DNA of 38,885 bases from Sandaracinaceae bacterium (GCA_044220955.1 JBGAQA010000062.1:1-38885); one strand, 5' to 3'. Counted from the stretch's first letter, positions 16,899 to 29,142 are shown. Made by a program: numbers and translations. Notes: generated by a model not told the origin, from the letters alone.

Positions 16899-16922
16899 AT
16901 CATGGCCGTATGTGGCTCGTGG

Positions 16923-17114
16923 TCAGGTGCCCGGGCTGCGGCAGTAGCCGTCCTGCCACACACCGTGCGAGTCCTGCGCCGGCGCCACCCACTCGCGGCC
17001 CTCGCGGCAGCTTCCCGACTCCGGCGGACGCTGACGACCGCCGCAGCCCGAGGCCATCGCGGCGAACGCCAGAAGCCCAGCCACCACCACCATCCCGACC
17101 GAACGAACGCGCAT
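16923..17114 (-). CDS. Small lipoprotein (63 aa) with one potential disulfide
   Basis: AAGGAG SD; MRVRSVGMVVVAGLLAFAAMASG-C lipobox; C-x21-C in the mature part. Confidence 0.8.
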   Translation of the reverse strand: MRVRSVGMVVVAGLLAFAAMASGCGGRQRPPESGSCREGREWVAPAQDSHGVWQDGYCRSPGT

Positions 17115-17157
17115 CGTGAGCTCCTTGCCAGTCGCCCCTGCGAACCCGGCGGGTCGG

Positions 17158-17186
17158 ACGCTAACCGCCCAACCGGGAGCGGTCAA
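17158..17186 (-). promoter_or_regulatory. Sigma70-type promoter of the small lipoprotein gene
   Basis: TTGACC-N17-TAGCGT. Confidence 0.55.
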
Positions 17187-17298
17187 TGGCGGCCGCCGCC
17201 CCTCGGAGCGGGTCGATCCGAGGTGAGAGACGACCGGACCAGGTGCGTGCCGGGCTGCGCGCGCGCGAGGCCGAGCAGCGGCAGGACCGACGCGCGGC

Positions 17299-18233
17299 TC
17301 ACGGCCCGCCGAGGGTCGCGACGATGACGCCCGACGACCCTCCATACGCAGCCTCGGTGCCGGCGGTCGCGAACGCCACGCCGATGATCACGGCGGCCAC
17401 CACGGCCGCGCCGCCGCCGGTCAGGCCCCAGAAGAGCGGGCTCTCGACGAGCTCTTCTCCGCGCGGCACGGGCTCGAGCGCCGCATCGACGGAGACACGC
17501 TCGCCGGGGCCGACCTCGACCCGCCGCTCGAACGCCAGGTAGCCCTCGGCGTCGAGCGCCACGACGTGCCCCCCCGGAGCGACCGACGCCTCGACGTGGC
17601 CGACGCCGCGCGCGGTCCCGTCGATCGCGATCGCGGCCGCCTCCACCGTGCTGGTAACGACCAGAGAGCCGTCGAGCGGGCTGAGCGCGACCTCGCGCGC
17701 GTCGTCTCCGGTGCCGAGGGTGAACCGTGCCTCGGAGTACCCGTCGAGCGTGACGACGACGGTGTGCTCGCCCGGATCGAGCGTGGCGCTGCGCTCGGGG
17801 CCGCTGCCCTCGAGCACGCGGCCGTCGACCTCCACGCGGGCGGCCTCTGGCGCGACCTGCAGCACCACGTGGCGCAGGCTCGCCTCGGCCTCGGCGCGGA
17901 GCGCCGCCGCCTGCTCGGCGAGCGCGTGATCCCGTGGCGCCTCGAGCATCCCCGCGAGCTCGTCGAGCGCCGCGAGGGCGTCGTGCGAGCGGCCGAGGCG
18001 AACGAGCACCGCCGCGATGTTGAAGACCGTCGTGGCGCGATCGACCAGTGCGCGCGAGCGCTGGAACGCGTCGAGCGCGTCGACCCAGTGCTCCTGCGTG
18101 GAGAGCGCCCGCCCCTGCTCGAAGAGCGTCCGCGCCTCGCGCGACTGCGCGGTCGTCTGAGCCGTCGCGAGCGCCGGTGCCGCGACGGAGATCACCCACG
18201 CGAGCGAGACGCTGCACGCGAGCGAGCGCAGCC

Positions 18234-18240
<7 letters not shown>
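17299..18240 (-). CDS. Secreted TPR + PEGA-domain protein with C-terminal membrane segment
   Basis: Signal peptide; ARTLFEQG TPR-like helices; two PEGA-like units (RVEVDG..LDPGEHTVVVTLDGY; IAIDG..VAPGGHVVALDAEGY); overlaps the kinase stop. Confidence 0.85.
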
Positions 18241-19766
<1,526 letters not shown>

Positions 19767-19803
19767 GGCCGAATCGTAACAGTCCCGCCAGGGCGGATGA
19801 AGA

Positions 19804-20592
19804 TCAGAAGGCGATCAGCAGGGACGCGCCCACGTCGGCTCCCTGGGCGGCAGGGACGAGGGAGAGCGTCACGTCCCCGTCCTCGAGCGGGCTGAACCCC
19901 AGTTCGTGCACCTCGTTGGCGAGGGCCACCGCCAGCATGATCAAGCCGATGCCCTGGAGCATCACCGACGGGATGCCGAGGGCGAAGCCCCAGAGGTAGG
20001 TCGAGCGCCCGCTCGGAGCGAAGTTGGCGAGGCCGGCGGTGATGCCCCCTCCGACCGGGATCAGCGTGAGCGGCCAGCTGTTGCAGGAGCCGCCGCCGCG
20101 GAAGCCGCGGCAGGAGCCGCCTGCCTCGTCGAGCATCCCGACCAGCAAGCCGAACATCCAGCCGACGTCGAACACGACCATCGCGGCGGCGACGAGGCCA
20201 CCATCCTCCCCGTGGCGGCGGACCGGTCGGCTCAGCGTACCCTCGTGCGTCGCGGGCCAAGCGCTGATGGGCGGCGCCAGCGCGGCCGCGAGCGCCGGCG
20301 GAGGCTCCGGCAAGGACGGCGGCGGAGCGAGCAGGCGCGCGCGGGTCCCGCTCTCGACGGGGGCGATGCACGCCTCACCGTGCTCGACGAGCCCGTCCGG
20401 GCACTCGGGGGCGCCCGTGCAGAGGTGCTCCGTCGCGCGAAAGATCTGACCGGGCCAGCAGCAGACGCCCTCGGTGCGGACCCGCCCCTCGGCGCACGCG
20501 CGGGGCGCCTCGGCGGCGGCCGTCGCGGCGTCCTGCGCCGCCGCCGGCGCCGCGAGTCCGACGAGCGCGATCAGCGCGAGCGCGCGTGTCAC
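19804..20592 (-). CDS. Hypothetical exported/membrane protein with N-terminal Cys-rich domain
   Basis: Signal peptide (AAA-QD); CCWPGQ Cys cluster; hydrophobic helices; C-terminal Phe. Confidence 0.7.
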   Translation of the reverse strand: MTRALALIALVGLAAPAAAQDAATAAAEAPRACAEGRVRTEGVCCWPGQIFRATEHLCTGAPECPDGLVEHGEACIAPVESGTRARLLAPPPSLPEPPPALAAALAPPISAWPATHEGTLSRPVRRHGEDGGLVAAAMVVFDVGWMFGLLVGMLDEAGGSCRGFRGGGSCNSWPLTLIPVGGGITAGLANFAPSGRSTYLWGFALGIPSVMLQGIGLIMLAVALANEVHELGFSPLEDGDVTLSLVPAAQGADVGASLLIAF

Positions 20593-20987
20593 CGCGTCTC
20601 CGGGATCGAGCGCTCGAGCGCGAGGACGAGCTCGCCGTACTCGTCGCGCAGCTCGCGCGACAGGGTGAACGAGTCACCGGTGCGCACGATGTCCGGGCTC
20701 TGGGGGGTGATCGTGAGGAATCCGTCGCGCGAGCACTGGACGACGAAGTAGGTGCGACGCATCGGATCGCTCGCCGCGCGAACGGCGAAGAGGCCACGCT
20801 CCGGATCGGTGCGGACCGCCGGGTGGCCCGCGTCGCGAGCAGCCGCGATGGCGTCGTCGTAGAGGGTCGGATCGCCGGGGCGGAAGGGGCCGATCCCGAG
20901 CAGCGGCGCGCGCGTCGTCCGGGCACACCCCGCACCGCTCAGCGCGGCGACGAGGATCAGCGCTCGCAGCCGCGCGTCGTGCCCCAC
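20589..20987 (-). CDS. Hypothetical lipoprotein
   Basis: LILVAALSGAG-C lipobox; stop overlaps the next start (GTGA). Confidence 0.7.
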   Translation of the reverse strand: MGHDARLRALILVAALSGAGCARTTRAPLLGIGPFRPGDPTLYDDAIAAARDAGHPAVRTDPERGLFAVRAASDPMRRTYFVVQCSRDGFLTITPQSPDIVRTGDSFTLSRELRDEYGELVLALERSIPETR

Positions 20988-21012
20988 GCTGCCGAGTGTG
21001 CCGAGCCCCGGC

Positions 21013-21672
<660 letters not shown>

Positions 21673-21766
21673 GCGACCTCGTCTACCACCGCGGGCGGCG
21701 GGGCGACAAGGTCACGCCGCGTTCGGCTCGCAACCCCGCGCGTACGCCGCCTCGCTCGGGGACGTC

Positions 21767-22465
21767 CTAGCCCTTGCGCGTCGTGCGGCGCTCGATGCGC
21801 TTCTCGTGCTTGCCCGTGACGACGTGGTGCACGTAGACGGCGGGCGTGTCGATCTCGTGCGGTGCGATGGCGCCGACGGGGACGATCTCCTCGACCTCGG
21901 CGATGGTGACCTTGCCGGCCATGGCGCAGAGCGGGTTGAAGTTCTTCGCGGCGAGGCGGTACTGGAGGTTGCCGTAGCGGTCGCCGCGCCACGCCTTGAC
22001 GATCGCGAAGTCGGTGACGATGCCGCGCTCGAGGACGTAGTGCTTGCCGTCGAATTCGCGCGTGTCCTTTCCGTCCGCGACCACGGTGCCGTAGCCGGTC
22101 TGGGTGTAGAAGCCCGCGATGCCGGCCCCACCCGCGCGGAGGCGCTCGGCGAGGGTGCCTTGCGGCGTGAGCTCGACCTGCAGCTCGCCCGAGAGGAACT
22201 GCCGCTCGAACTCCTTGTTCTCGCCCACGTACGACGAGATCATCTTCCGGATCTGCTTGGCCTGGAGCAGGATCCCGAGGCCGAAGTCGTCGACGCCGCA
22301 GTTGTTCGAGACGAACGTGAGGTTCCTGGGGCCGGCCTCGGCAAGCGCGGCGATGCAGAGCTCCGGGATCCCGCAGAGGCCGAAGCCGCCCGCGGCGATC
22401 GTCGCGCCGTCGCCGATGCCGGCCCGCTGGATCGCCTCGAGCGCGGATGCACGCACCTTGTCCAT
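21767..22465 (-). CDS. scoA: 3-oxoacid CoA-transferase subunit A (232 aa)
   Basis: [41 protein letters not shown]. Confidence 0.95.
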   Translation of the reverse strand: MDKVRASALEAIQRAGIGDGATIAAGGFGLCGIPELCIAALAEAGPRNLTFVSNNCGVDDFGLGILLQAKQIRKMISSYVGENKEFERQFLSGELQVELTPQGTLAERLRAGGAGIAGFYTQTGYGTVVADGKDTREFDGKHYVLERGIVTDFAIVKAWRGDRYGNLQYRLAAKNFNPLCAMAGKVTIAEVEEIVPVGAIAPHEIDTPAVYVHHVVTGKHEKRIERRTTRKG

Positions 22466-22511
22466 GGCGTGCGGTCGTACCAGAGCCGCGCCGCGAGCGC
22501 GAGGCCGGTCC

Positions 22512-23297
22512 TCACGACGCCGCGCGGGACGCCCGGCGCCACGCGCGGCGCCCCACCCAGGCAGCGAGCGCGAGGACGAACGAGCTCGGCGCCAGCGCGG
22601 CCAGCGCGCCCGCGCTCGCCACGACCAGCGTCGCCGCGACGTGGGCCCCGGCGAGCGCCGAGCGCGCCACGAACGCGAGGGGCTCGCTCGTGACGCCGGG
22701 GATCGCACGTGACACGTCGAGCGTCACGCGCGCCATCGCCACGCGGTCCTGCGTCGCGCGGTCCTGCGCATCGAGCACCTCGATCTGCTCGCGGACCCGG
22801 GCCAGCTCGTGCTCGACGGCCAGGACGTCGGCGAGCGTGGCCGTGCGCGTCGAGAACATCTCTGCGAGGCGCTCCTCCTCGGCCCGTGCGCTCGCGATCC
22901 GCGCGCGCAGGTCTGCGTGGGCCAGCGTGACGTCCTGCCGCTCCTCGCCGCTCCACGTCACGTGGCCGAGATCCGAGAGCGCGTCGCGCGTGGCCGGGAG
23001 CGCCGCCGCCGGAACGCGGAGCTCGAGGGACGCGCGCTCGTCGTCGACCGTGCTCGTCTCGACGTAGCCCTCCGCGAGATCGGCCGCACGGCGCGCGGCC
23101 GCGACGGCGGCGGCGACGTCTGCCACCTCGACCCGGATCGTCGCGTGGTGCGTCTGCTCGCGCGCGGCGGCTCCGGGATCGGCCGCAGGCGCGCTGCGCG
23201 GCAGAGCCCCTCCGCCACGCCCGCTCTCGGAGCACCCCGCCCAGGCGAGACACAGCGTCAGCCCCGCGATCCCCAGCGCGCCTCGCACTTGCGTCAT
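22512..23297 (-). CDS. DUF4349-like lipoprotein (coiled coil, C-terminal TM)
   Basis: GGAGG SD; lipobox AWAG-C; LELRVPA, QDVT...[24 protein letters not shown]-terminal hydrophobic helix followed by RR. Confidence 0.8.
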   Translation of the reverse strand: MTQVRGALGIAGLTLCLAWAGCSESGRGGGALPRSAPAADPGAAAREQTHHATIRVEVADVAAAVAAARRAADLAEGYVETSTVDDERASLELRVPAAALPATRDALSDLGHVTWSGEERQDVTLAHADLRARIASARAEEERLAEMFSTRTATLADVLAVEHELARVREQIEVLDAQDRATQDRVAMARVTLDVSRAIPGVTSEPLAFVARSALAGAHVAATLVVASAGALAALAPSSFVLALAAWVGRRAWRRASRAAS

Positions 23298-23337
23298 GCT
23301 CGACCTCCGCCCGAGGAACGCGCGGCCGCCGCCGACC

Positions 23338-23442
23338 TTACACTCGGCCCGGCTCGTGGTGCTCGACGACGCCGGGCAAGGCGACGACACGAGCTTCCCG
23401 CGCGCCGTGGTCGAGGCGATCGCCGAGATCAGCGGACCGTAG
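23338..23442 (+). pseudogene. Possible 3' remnant of an alpha/beta-hydrolase gene
   Basis: Reads LHSARLVVLDDAGQGDDTSFPRAVVEAIAEISGP*, resembling the last strand, catalytic-His loop and final helix of such hydrolases; GC3-biased. Confidence 0.3.
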
Positions 23443-25339
23443 CCGCCTCGGCCGCGTCGAGGATCGCGCGGGCCAGCGCACCGGCGTGAACGTCCGCGGC
23501 CGGATCGGAGAGGACGAGCGCGAGCGCGCGGGCGGCGGGCGCTGCGCCCTCGGCCACGATCGCGTGCGGGCCCGACGCGTCGATCCCGTGTCGGGCGGCG
23601 AGCGCGAGCGCGCGCGCGCGGATCGCCGGGTCCCGCACCGGCGTCGGCTCGTGGCACGTCGCGCAGCGCGTCGGGTCGACCGCGAACGCGTGATGGGTAC
23701 CGTCTCCCGCATCGTCGTGACACCCGAGGCAGCCGCCCTCGATCGCCGCGTGCGGCGCCGTCCCCGCGACGCCGAGCCCGCGACCGAGCACGAGCGCCGC
23801 CGCCGCGCCCGAGGCGTCGTCTCCACGGGGCGCGTGGCACTCGAGACAGACGGAGGTCGGCGCATCGGCCCACGCCACGACGGGATCCCCGAGCGAGGCG
23901 GGCCACGTTGTGTGGCGCACGAGGCGTCCGACCGAGCCCGCCTGGTGCGGAGCGTGGCAGGCGGCGCAGGAGACGCCGAGCCCCGCGGCGAGCGCGAGAC
24001 CGGGCCGCGCGGCGCGCGCGCCGACGTCCGCGAGGAACCCAGCCGTCGTGTGGCAGCGCGCGCACGTCCCGGCGCGCGTCCGCGGATCGTCGTCGGCACG
24101 TGCCATCCGGCTCGCCGCGAGCTCCGTCGGGTGAGTGTAGGCGGGGGGCGCGTCGTGGCACGTCGCGCACACCTCGGAGCGCAGGATCGCCCAGCTCGCG
24201 TCGGGCTCGGGGATCGCCCCCGGGCCGTGGCACGCCGTGCAGCCGACGCCGGCCACGCGCCGTAGCCCGCGCGGCACGCCCGCGACCTGCGTCGCGTCGA
24301 GGTGCCAGGGGTCGATCTCGAGCTCCCGGGCGACGTGCGCGAAGCCCTCGTCGGGCAGTCCTGGCTCGCCGGTCGTGTGGCACGCGAACGCGCAGCCCGC
24401 ATCGCGGCCCCCGAGATCGTGCTCGAAAGCGTGCGTCATCGCGCTCGCCTGCGCCGCCGCCGTCTCCGCCGCGTGGCACTCCGCCCGGCCGCAGTCGAGC
24501 GGCGTCGAGGCGTGACCGCCGACGCGCAGTACGAGCTCGGCGCCCGTCGGATCCGCGAGCACGTACTCACCCGGCAGCGCCGGCTCGATCCAGTCGAGCG
24601 ACGCAGGCGCGCCCGCGATGCGCGCGATGTCGCCGCGCGCGAGCGCCGCGGCGGCACGCGGCGGCTGCGAGACGATGGAGAACGGGCCGCCCGCCAGCAA
24701 CACGCGAGCGCCCAGGGGAACGCTCGGCAGGCCGGTGGCGCGCGAGGCGCCTGCGACCAGGACGCGGAGCTCGACGTCGGCGTGGCCGTGCCCGTGCCAG
24801 GTCGCGCGGAGCAGGTGCGCCTCGCGCGTGCGCGGGGAAATCGCCACGACCCCTCGCGCCGGAGGGCGAGCGAGCTCGAGCGCCGAGAAGCGGAGCCGTG
24901 CCCCGAACCCGTTGCGCGAGAGCGAGAGCGTGGCGGCGGGGCCGGCGCCCGGCTCCTCTCGCCAGGTGATCCTGCCCGCGAGGGCCTCACGGCACCCGGG
25001 CTCGACGGCGAGCGTGAGATCCGCCCCGAAGCCCGCCTGAGGCTGGTCCTCGGGGCCGCGGAGGAAGGGCACCAGATCGAGCGCGACGTCCGCGTCGAGC
25101 GGCACGGCGAGCGTGCACGCCGCGTCGTGCTCGATCGCGATGCCGCCTCCGGCTCCGGGAACCACGTCGAGCGCCAGCACCCGCGCGCTCGCCTCTGCCC
25201 GGACCACGCGCGCGGCGCCCGTCCAGCGCGCCTCGCGGAGGTCGACGCCCACGGGCGCCCGCACCAGGACGTGCACGACCCGCGGCTCGCTCCCGCACGC
25301 TGCGGCCAGAGCCAGCGCTGCGATCAGCCCCCGCGACAC
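23429..25339 (-). CDS. Multiheme c-type cytochrome lipoprotein
   Basis: Lipobox LAAA-C; seven CxxCH (CTACH, CATCH, CARCH, CAACH, CLECH, CLGCH, CATCH) plus CGRAECH and CAFACH. Start GTG 25339 or ATG 25354. Confidence 0.85.
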   Translation of the reverse strand: MSRGLIAALALAAACGSEPRVVHVLVRAPVGVDLREARWTGAARVVRAEASARVLALDVVPGAGGGIAIEHDAACTLAVPLDADVALDLVPFLRGPEDQPQAGFGADLTLAVEPGCREALAGRITWREEPGAGPAATLSLSRNGFGARLRFSALELARPPARGVVAISPRTREAHLLRATWHGHGHADVELRVLVAGASRATGLPSVPLGARVLLAGGPFSIVSQPPRAAAALARGDIARIAGAPASLDWIEPALPGEYVLADPTGAELVLRVGGHASTPLDCGRAECHAAETAAAQASAMTHAFEHDLGGRDAGCAFACHTTGEPGLPDEGFAHVARELEIDPWHLDATQVAGVPRGLRRVAGVGCTACHGPGAIPEPDASWAILRSEVCATCHDAPPAYTHPTELAASRMARADDDPRTRAGTCARCHTTAGFLADVGARAARPGLALAAGLGVSCAACHAPHQAGSVGRLVRHTTWPASLGDPVVAWADAPTSVCLECHAPRGDDASGAAAALVLGRGLGVAGTAPHAAIEGGCLGCHDDAGDGTHHAFAVDPTRCATCHEPTPVRDPAIRARALALAARHGIDASGPHAIVAEGAAPAARALALVLSDPAADVHAGALARAILDAAEAATVR

Positions 25340-26109
25340 GTCCCCACCACGCATCGGGCGCCCTCCCCGCAGTCGGTGTCGAGCCAGCACCCGGGGTCCG
25401 GCGCGAGCGGGGCGCAGGCGCTCTCGATACAGACCCACCCGACCGCGCAGGGGCAGGCGCCGATCGCGCTCCCGGCGGCGCACGAGCGGATCTCGAGACC
25501 GCCGCCGTGCTCGACGCGACAGTCGGGGAAACCCGGGGCGCGATCGGGCGAGAGGTCGACGCAGACGCGCTCGTCCGCCCCTCGCCGCGCGCCGCAGCGC
25601 CAGCCCTCTGCGGCCGGAGCCGGCACGACGCCGGCCGAGGGAGCGCCACCGTGGCAGACGAGCGCTCCGTCGATCTCCGCGCACTCCCAGACGCCATCGT
25701 CCGGCAAGCGCACGTGGCGCTGCGTGCACCGCGCCGGCTCGCAGACGAAGGGACTGGCGTCGAACGCGCGGTCGCGGCAGGTGCGGGCCGCGCCCTCACC
25801 GCTGCATCGCCAGCCGAGCGCGCTCACGGCGCCGCTCGCCGGCACCGTGCGCTCGACCCACCGAGGTGCGCCGCTCGGGTCCCAGCACACGCGCAGGTCG
25901 CGGACGTCCGCGCACGCGCCGGCCGGACCCTCGTCCGGCGCCTGGAGCGTGTCGCCCGGCACGCTCACGTGATCGATCCCCGGCGCCGGCTCGTCGCAGC
26001 CGGCGACGGCGAGCGCCAGCCCGAAGCCGAGGATCAGCCGCCGGTGCAGGTCGAGATTCCGCCGCAGTTCCCGATCGAGGTGTGATCGGTCGGGTAGTTC
26101 TCGCAGCAC
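25324..26109 (-). CDS. Cys-rich lipoprotein (start uncertain)
   Basis: RRLILGFGLALAVAG-C lipobox; many paired Cys; nearest in-frame GTG is 26109, inside the upstream gene. Confidence 0.65.
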   Translation of the reverse strand: MLRELPDRSHLDRELRRNLDLHRRLILGFGLALAVAGCDEPAPGIDHVSVPGDTLQAPDEGPAGACADVRDLRVCWDPSGAPRWVERTVPASGAVSALGWRCSGEGAARTCRDRAFDASPFVCEPARCTQRHVRLPDDGVWECAEIDGALVCHGGAPSAGVVPAPAAEGWRCGARRGADERVCVDLSPDRAPGFPDCRVEHGGGLEIRSCAAGSAIGACPCAVGWVCIESACAPLAPDPGCWLDTDCGEGARCVVGTCRGG

Positions 26110-27191
26110 GCCCCCGCTTCGACGCAGCACGAGGCCGAGTAGTACACGCCGGTGCAGCTGCCCGCGTGCGTCGTCACCTCGACGCACGTGCCCCAGTGCC
26201 CGTCGCTGCCGCACGTCTGCTGGCCCCAGTGGCAGTACATGGGATCGTCGCACCACCGCGTGCTCCCGGGGGTGCAAGTCTGGCAGTCGGTGTCGGCGCA
26301 GTCCGCCGAGCCGTCGCAGTCGTTGTCGCTTCCGTCGGTGCACGCGCCCTCGGTGCTCGGACAGCCGCAGGAGCCAGGGTGGTGGCAGTCCGTGTCGTCG
26401 CAGTCGATGTGCCCGTCGCAGTCGTTGTCGCGCCCGTCCCCGCAGAGGACCTCGGCCACGAAGGGGAACATCCGCATGCACCCGGGCGGCGGCGGATCGA
26501 TCACGCACGCGGCGTCACTGCCGCAGTTCGGATCATTGCAGTCTGCGTACCCATCGCAGTCCTCGTCGATCCCGTCCGTGCACGCGAACTCGTCGGCCGC
26601 GCAGCTGCTCCCGCAGGCCGCGCTCGTCGCGCAGGCCGGGTCCTCGCAGTCGACGTACCCGTTGCAGTCCTCGTCGGCGCCGTTGGGCCCGCAGTCCTCG
26701 AACTCGGCGCAGCTCGAGCTGCTGCCGTCGTCGAATCCGTCGCAGTCCTGATCGATCCCGTCGGCGGGGACCTCGCCCTCGGGGAGCACCTGCCCGTCGC
26801 AGCTGCCCCAGGAGCTGAACTCCGCCGAGAACGACTGGCACTGCTGCACGCCGTCGCGACACGCGCCTACGCCGCGGCGCTCGGGGGGACCGGTCCAGCA
26901 GTACTGCCAGTCGCCGAGCGAGCACGAGCACCCCTCGTCGACGAGGCCGTCGCCGGTGTTGTCGAGACCGTCGCCGCAGTTGTCGGCCGTCCCGGTGCCG
27001 CCGTCCGGCAGCTCGACCGTCGCCGCGTCCTCGCCAGGGGGCGTGATCGTGGAGCCCACGTCCTGGTCCGGCGGTCCGCCCGTGTCCCGGTGCGACCCGG
27101 GGCGATTGCCGTTGCCGACCGAGCAAGCGCCGGCGAGCGCGAGCACGCTCGCGAGCGACGACATCACCAGAAACGCGCGTCGTTCGAGCAT
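26034..27191 (-). CDS. Cys/Asp-rich lipoprotein with DGxDxDCDG (MopE-related, putative metal-binding) repeats; possible Tat substrate
   Basis: GGAGG SD; ERRAFL plus LAGA-C; about six repeats such as CTDGIDEDCDGYADCNDPNC. Confidence 0.85.
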   Translation of the reverse strand: MLERRAFLVMSSLASVLALAGACSVGNGNRPGSHRDTGGPPDQDVGSTITPPGEDAATVELPDGGTGTADNCGDGLDNTGDGLVDEGCSCSLGDWQYCWTGPPERRGVGACRDGVQQCQSFSAEFSSWGSCDGQVLPEGEVPADGIDQDCDGFDDGSSSSCAEFEDCGPNGADEDCNGYVDCEDPACATSAACGSSCAADEFACTDGIDEDCDGYADCNDPNCGSDAACVIDPPPPGCMRMFPFVAEVLCGDGRDNDCDGHIDCDDTDCHHPGSCGCPSTEGACTDGSDNDCDGSADCADTDCQTCTPGSTRWCDDPMYCHWGQQTCGSDGHWGTCVEVTTHAGSCTGVYYSASCCVEAGACCENYPTDHTSIGNCGGISTCTGG

Positions 27192-27296
27192 CGCCGAGGC
27201 CCTCCAGCGAAGAACGTGGGAGCGAGCGCACCACGCTTCGAGGGCCGGCCGCAAGGGGGCACGCCCGCGCCGTGTGAGCGCACGCGCCGATGTGGG

Positions 27297-29087
27297 TCAG
27301 TGGCCGCCGCCGGCGATCCACGCGCGGACGACCTCGTCGAGCACCGGAAGGCTCACCCCGCCGACCCCGAGCAGCAGGTCGTGGAACGCGGGCAGCTCGA
27401 AGCGCTCGCCGAGCGCGGCCTGCGCCTCGGCGCGGAGCGCGAGCAGCTCCAGCTGGCCGACCTTGTACGCGAGCGCCTGCGCGGGGGTGTTGAGGTAGCG
27501 ATCGACCTCGTTGCGGATCAGGTCGTCGGGCATCGTCGTGTGCGCGCGCATGTAGTCCTCGGCCTGCGTGCGCGACCACCCCATCGCGTGCAGCCCCGTG
27601 TCGACGACGAGCCGCGCCGCGCGGAACGCCTCGAGGTCGACCGCCCCGATGCGATCGAGATCGTCGTGGTAGAGGCCCATCTCGTCGGCGAGGCGCTCCG
27701 CGTAGAGCCCCCAGCCCTCGACGTACGCGGTGAAGCCGCCGTGCCGCCGGAACGCGGGCATGTCCGGCAGCGTCTGGGCGATCGAGACCTGGAAGTGGTG
27801 GCCGGGCACCGCCTCGTGCGCCGTCAGCGACGCGAGGCTGTAGCGTCGGCGCGACTCGGGGCCGGCCGTGTTCACGAAGAAGGTCCCGCCCCGAGAGCCG
27901 TCCTCCGCGCCGGGCACGTAGTACGCGAAGGGGGCGCTCGCGGCCTCGGCGGGCGGCATGGCCACGACCTCGCACGCCTGCGACGGCGGGTGCGAGAAGA
28001 AGCGCGGCGCGGCAGCCTCTCCGGCGGCGACGCGCGCGCGCGCGTCCTCGAGGATCGCGTCGCTCGACGGATACCCGAGGGACGGGTCGGCACGCAGGTG
28101 CGTCACGACCTCGGCCAGCGTCGTCGCTCCGAAGAGGCGCCCGCCGAGCTCGAGCATCAGCGCGTCCGTGCGCGCGACCTCGCGCTCGCCGAGCGCGTGG
28201 AGATCCTCGGCCGTCCGCGTCGTCGTGGTCTGCGCGCGGATGCTCGCGGCGTAGCAGGCGGCCCCGTCCGGAAGCGCCGAGACGCCCTCGTGCTCGGCGT
28301 CCCGCCCGTGCGGCAGGATCTCCGTCGCGAGACCGTCCCGGTAGCGCTGGATGGCGGGACGCAGCTCGCCGTCGAGCACACCGAGCAGCTCGGTCTCGAA
28401 GCCGGCGAGGGAGGCGCCGCTCGCCAGGGGCTCCGAGGCGCAGGTCCACTCGCGCGTGGGCTGTGCCAGGGTGCGATCGGCGAGCGTGATCAGCCGCTCG
28501 AGCGTGGCGTGCGGTGCCACGCGACCCTGCTCGACGCCCGCGAGCAGGTTCGCGAGATCCTGGTCGAGCATCCGCGCGAAGCCGCGCATGCGCGCGACGT
28601 AGGTGCGGGCGTCGGCGTCCGTGTGCACCTCGTGGATCTGCGCGAGCATGTTGAGCGCCGTGATGAGGTTCGACATCGGGGAGTCGTTCCAGAGGTGCAG
28701 CTCGCAGACCTCCATCGCGATCTCCGACTCGTGGTCCTCGACGAAGAGACGCAGCGTGATGCGATCGGCCGGCTCGATCTCTCCATCGAGCGCCCTCGCC
28801 CGCTCGAGCTCGCGCCGGATCCGCGCGCGGCGGCGCATCACCGCCTCGGCCGAGAGGTCGGGGACCTCGGCATCGAGGCGGTGATCGCCGAGCATCGTCG
28901 CGAGGATCGGGTCGTCGTGCAGCTCCGCGTCCCAGCTCTCGCGCAGGAGCGCGGCCAGCGCGGGGGTCCGGACGCCGGCGGCATCGTCGTGACCCGAGGC
29001 CTCGGGGTGCGCGACGCGCAGCGGCGCTCCGCCGCAGGAAGAGAGGGAGACGGCCACCGAGATCGCGAGCACTCCGACGCGCATCAT
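27297..29087 (-). CDS. DUF885 family lipoprotein (putative metallopeptidase)
   Basis: Lipobox LSS-C; HEAVPGHHFQ, AYVEGWGLYAE, RAARLVVDTGLH, EVDRY, QALAYKVG. Confidence 0.93.
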   Translation of the reverse strand: MMRVGVLAISVAVSLSSCGGAPLRVAHPEASGHDDAAGVRTPALAALLRESWDAELHDDPILATMLGDHRLDAEVPDLSAEAVMRRRARIRRELERARALDGEIEPADRITLRLFVEDHESEIAMEVCELHLWNDSPMSNLITALNMLAQIHEVHTDADARTYVARMRGFARMLDQDLANLLAGVEQGRVAPHATLERLITLADRTLAQPTREWTCASEPLASGASLAGFETELLGVLDGELRPAIQRYRDGLATEILPHGRDAEHEGVSALPDGAACYAASIRAQTTTTRTAEDLHALGEREVARTDALMLELGGRLFGATTLAEVVTHLRADPSLGYPSSDAILEDARARVAAGEAAAPRFFSHPPSQACEVVAMPPAEAASAPFAYYVPGAEDGSRGGTFFVNTAGPESRRRYSLASLTAHEAVPGHHFQVSIAQTLPDMPAFRRHGGFTAYVEGWGLYAERLADEMGLYHDDLDRIGAVDLEAFRAARLVVDTGLHAMGWSRTQAEDYMRAHTTMPDDLIRNEVDRYLNTPAQALAYKVGQLELLALRAEAQAALGERFELPAFHDLLLGVGGVSLPVLDEVVRAWIAGGGH

Positions 29088-29142
29088 CGGCGTGCGTTAG
29101 CACGGCTCGCCGGCGCATCGCTCACCCTCGGGGCGCAGGCGA

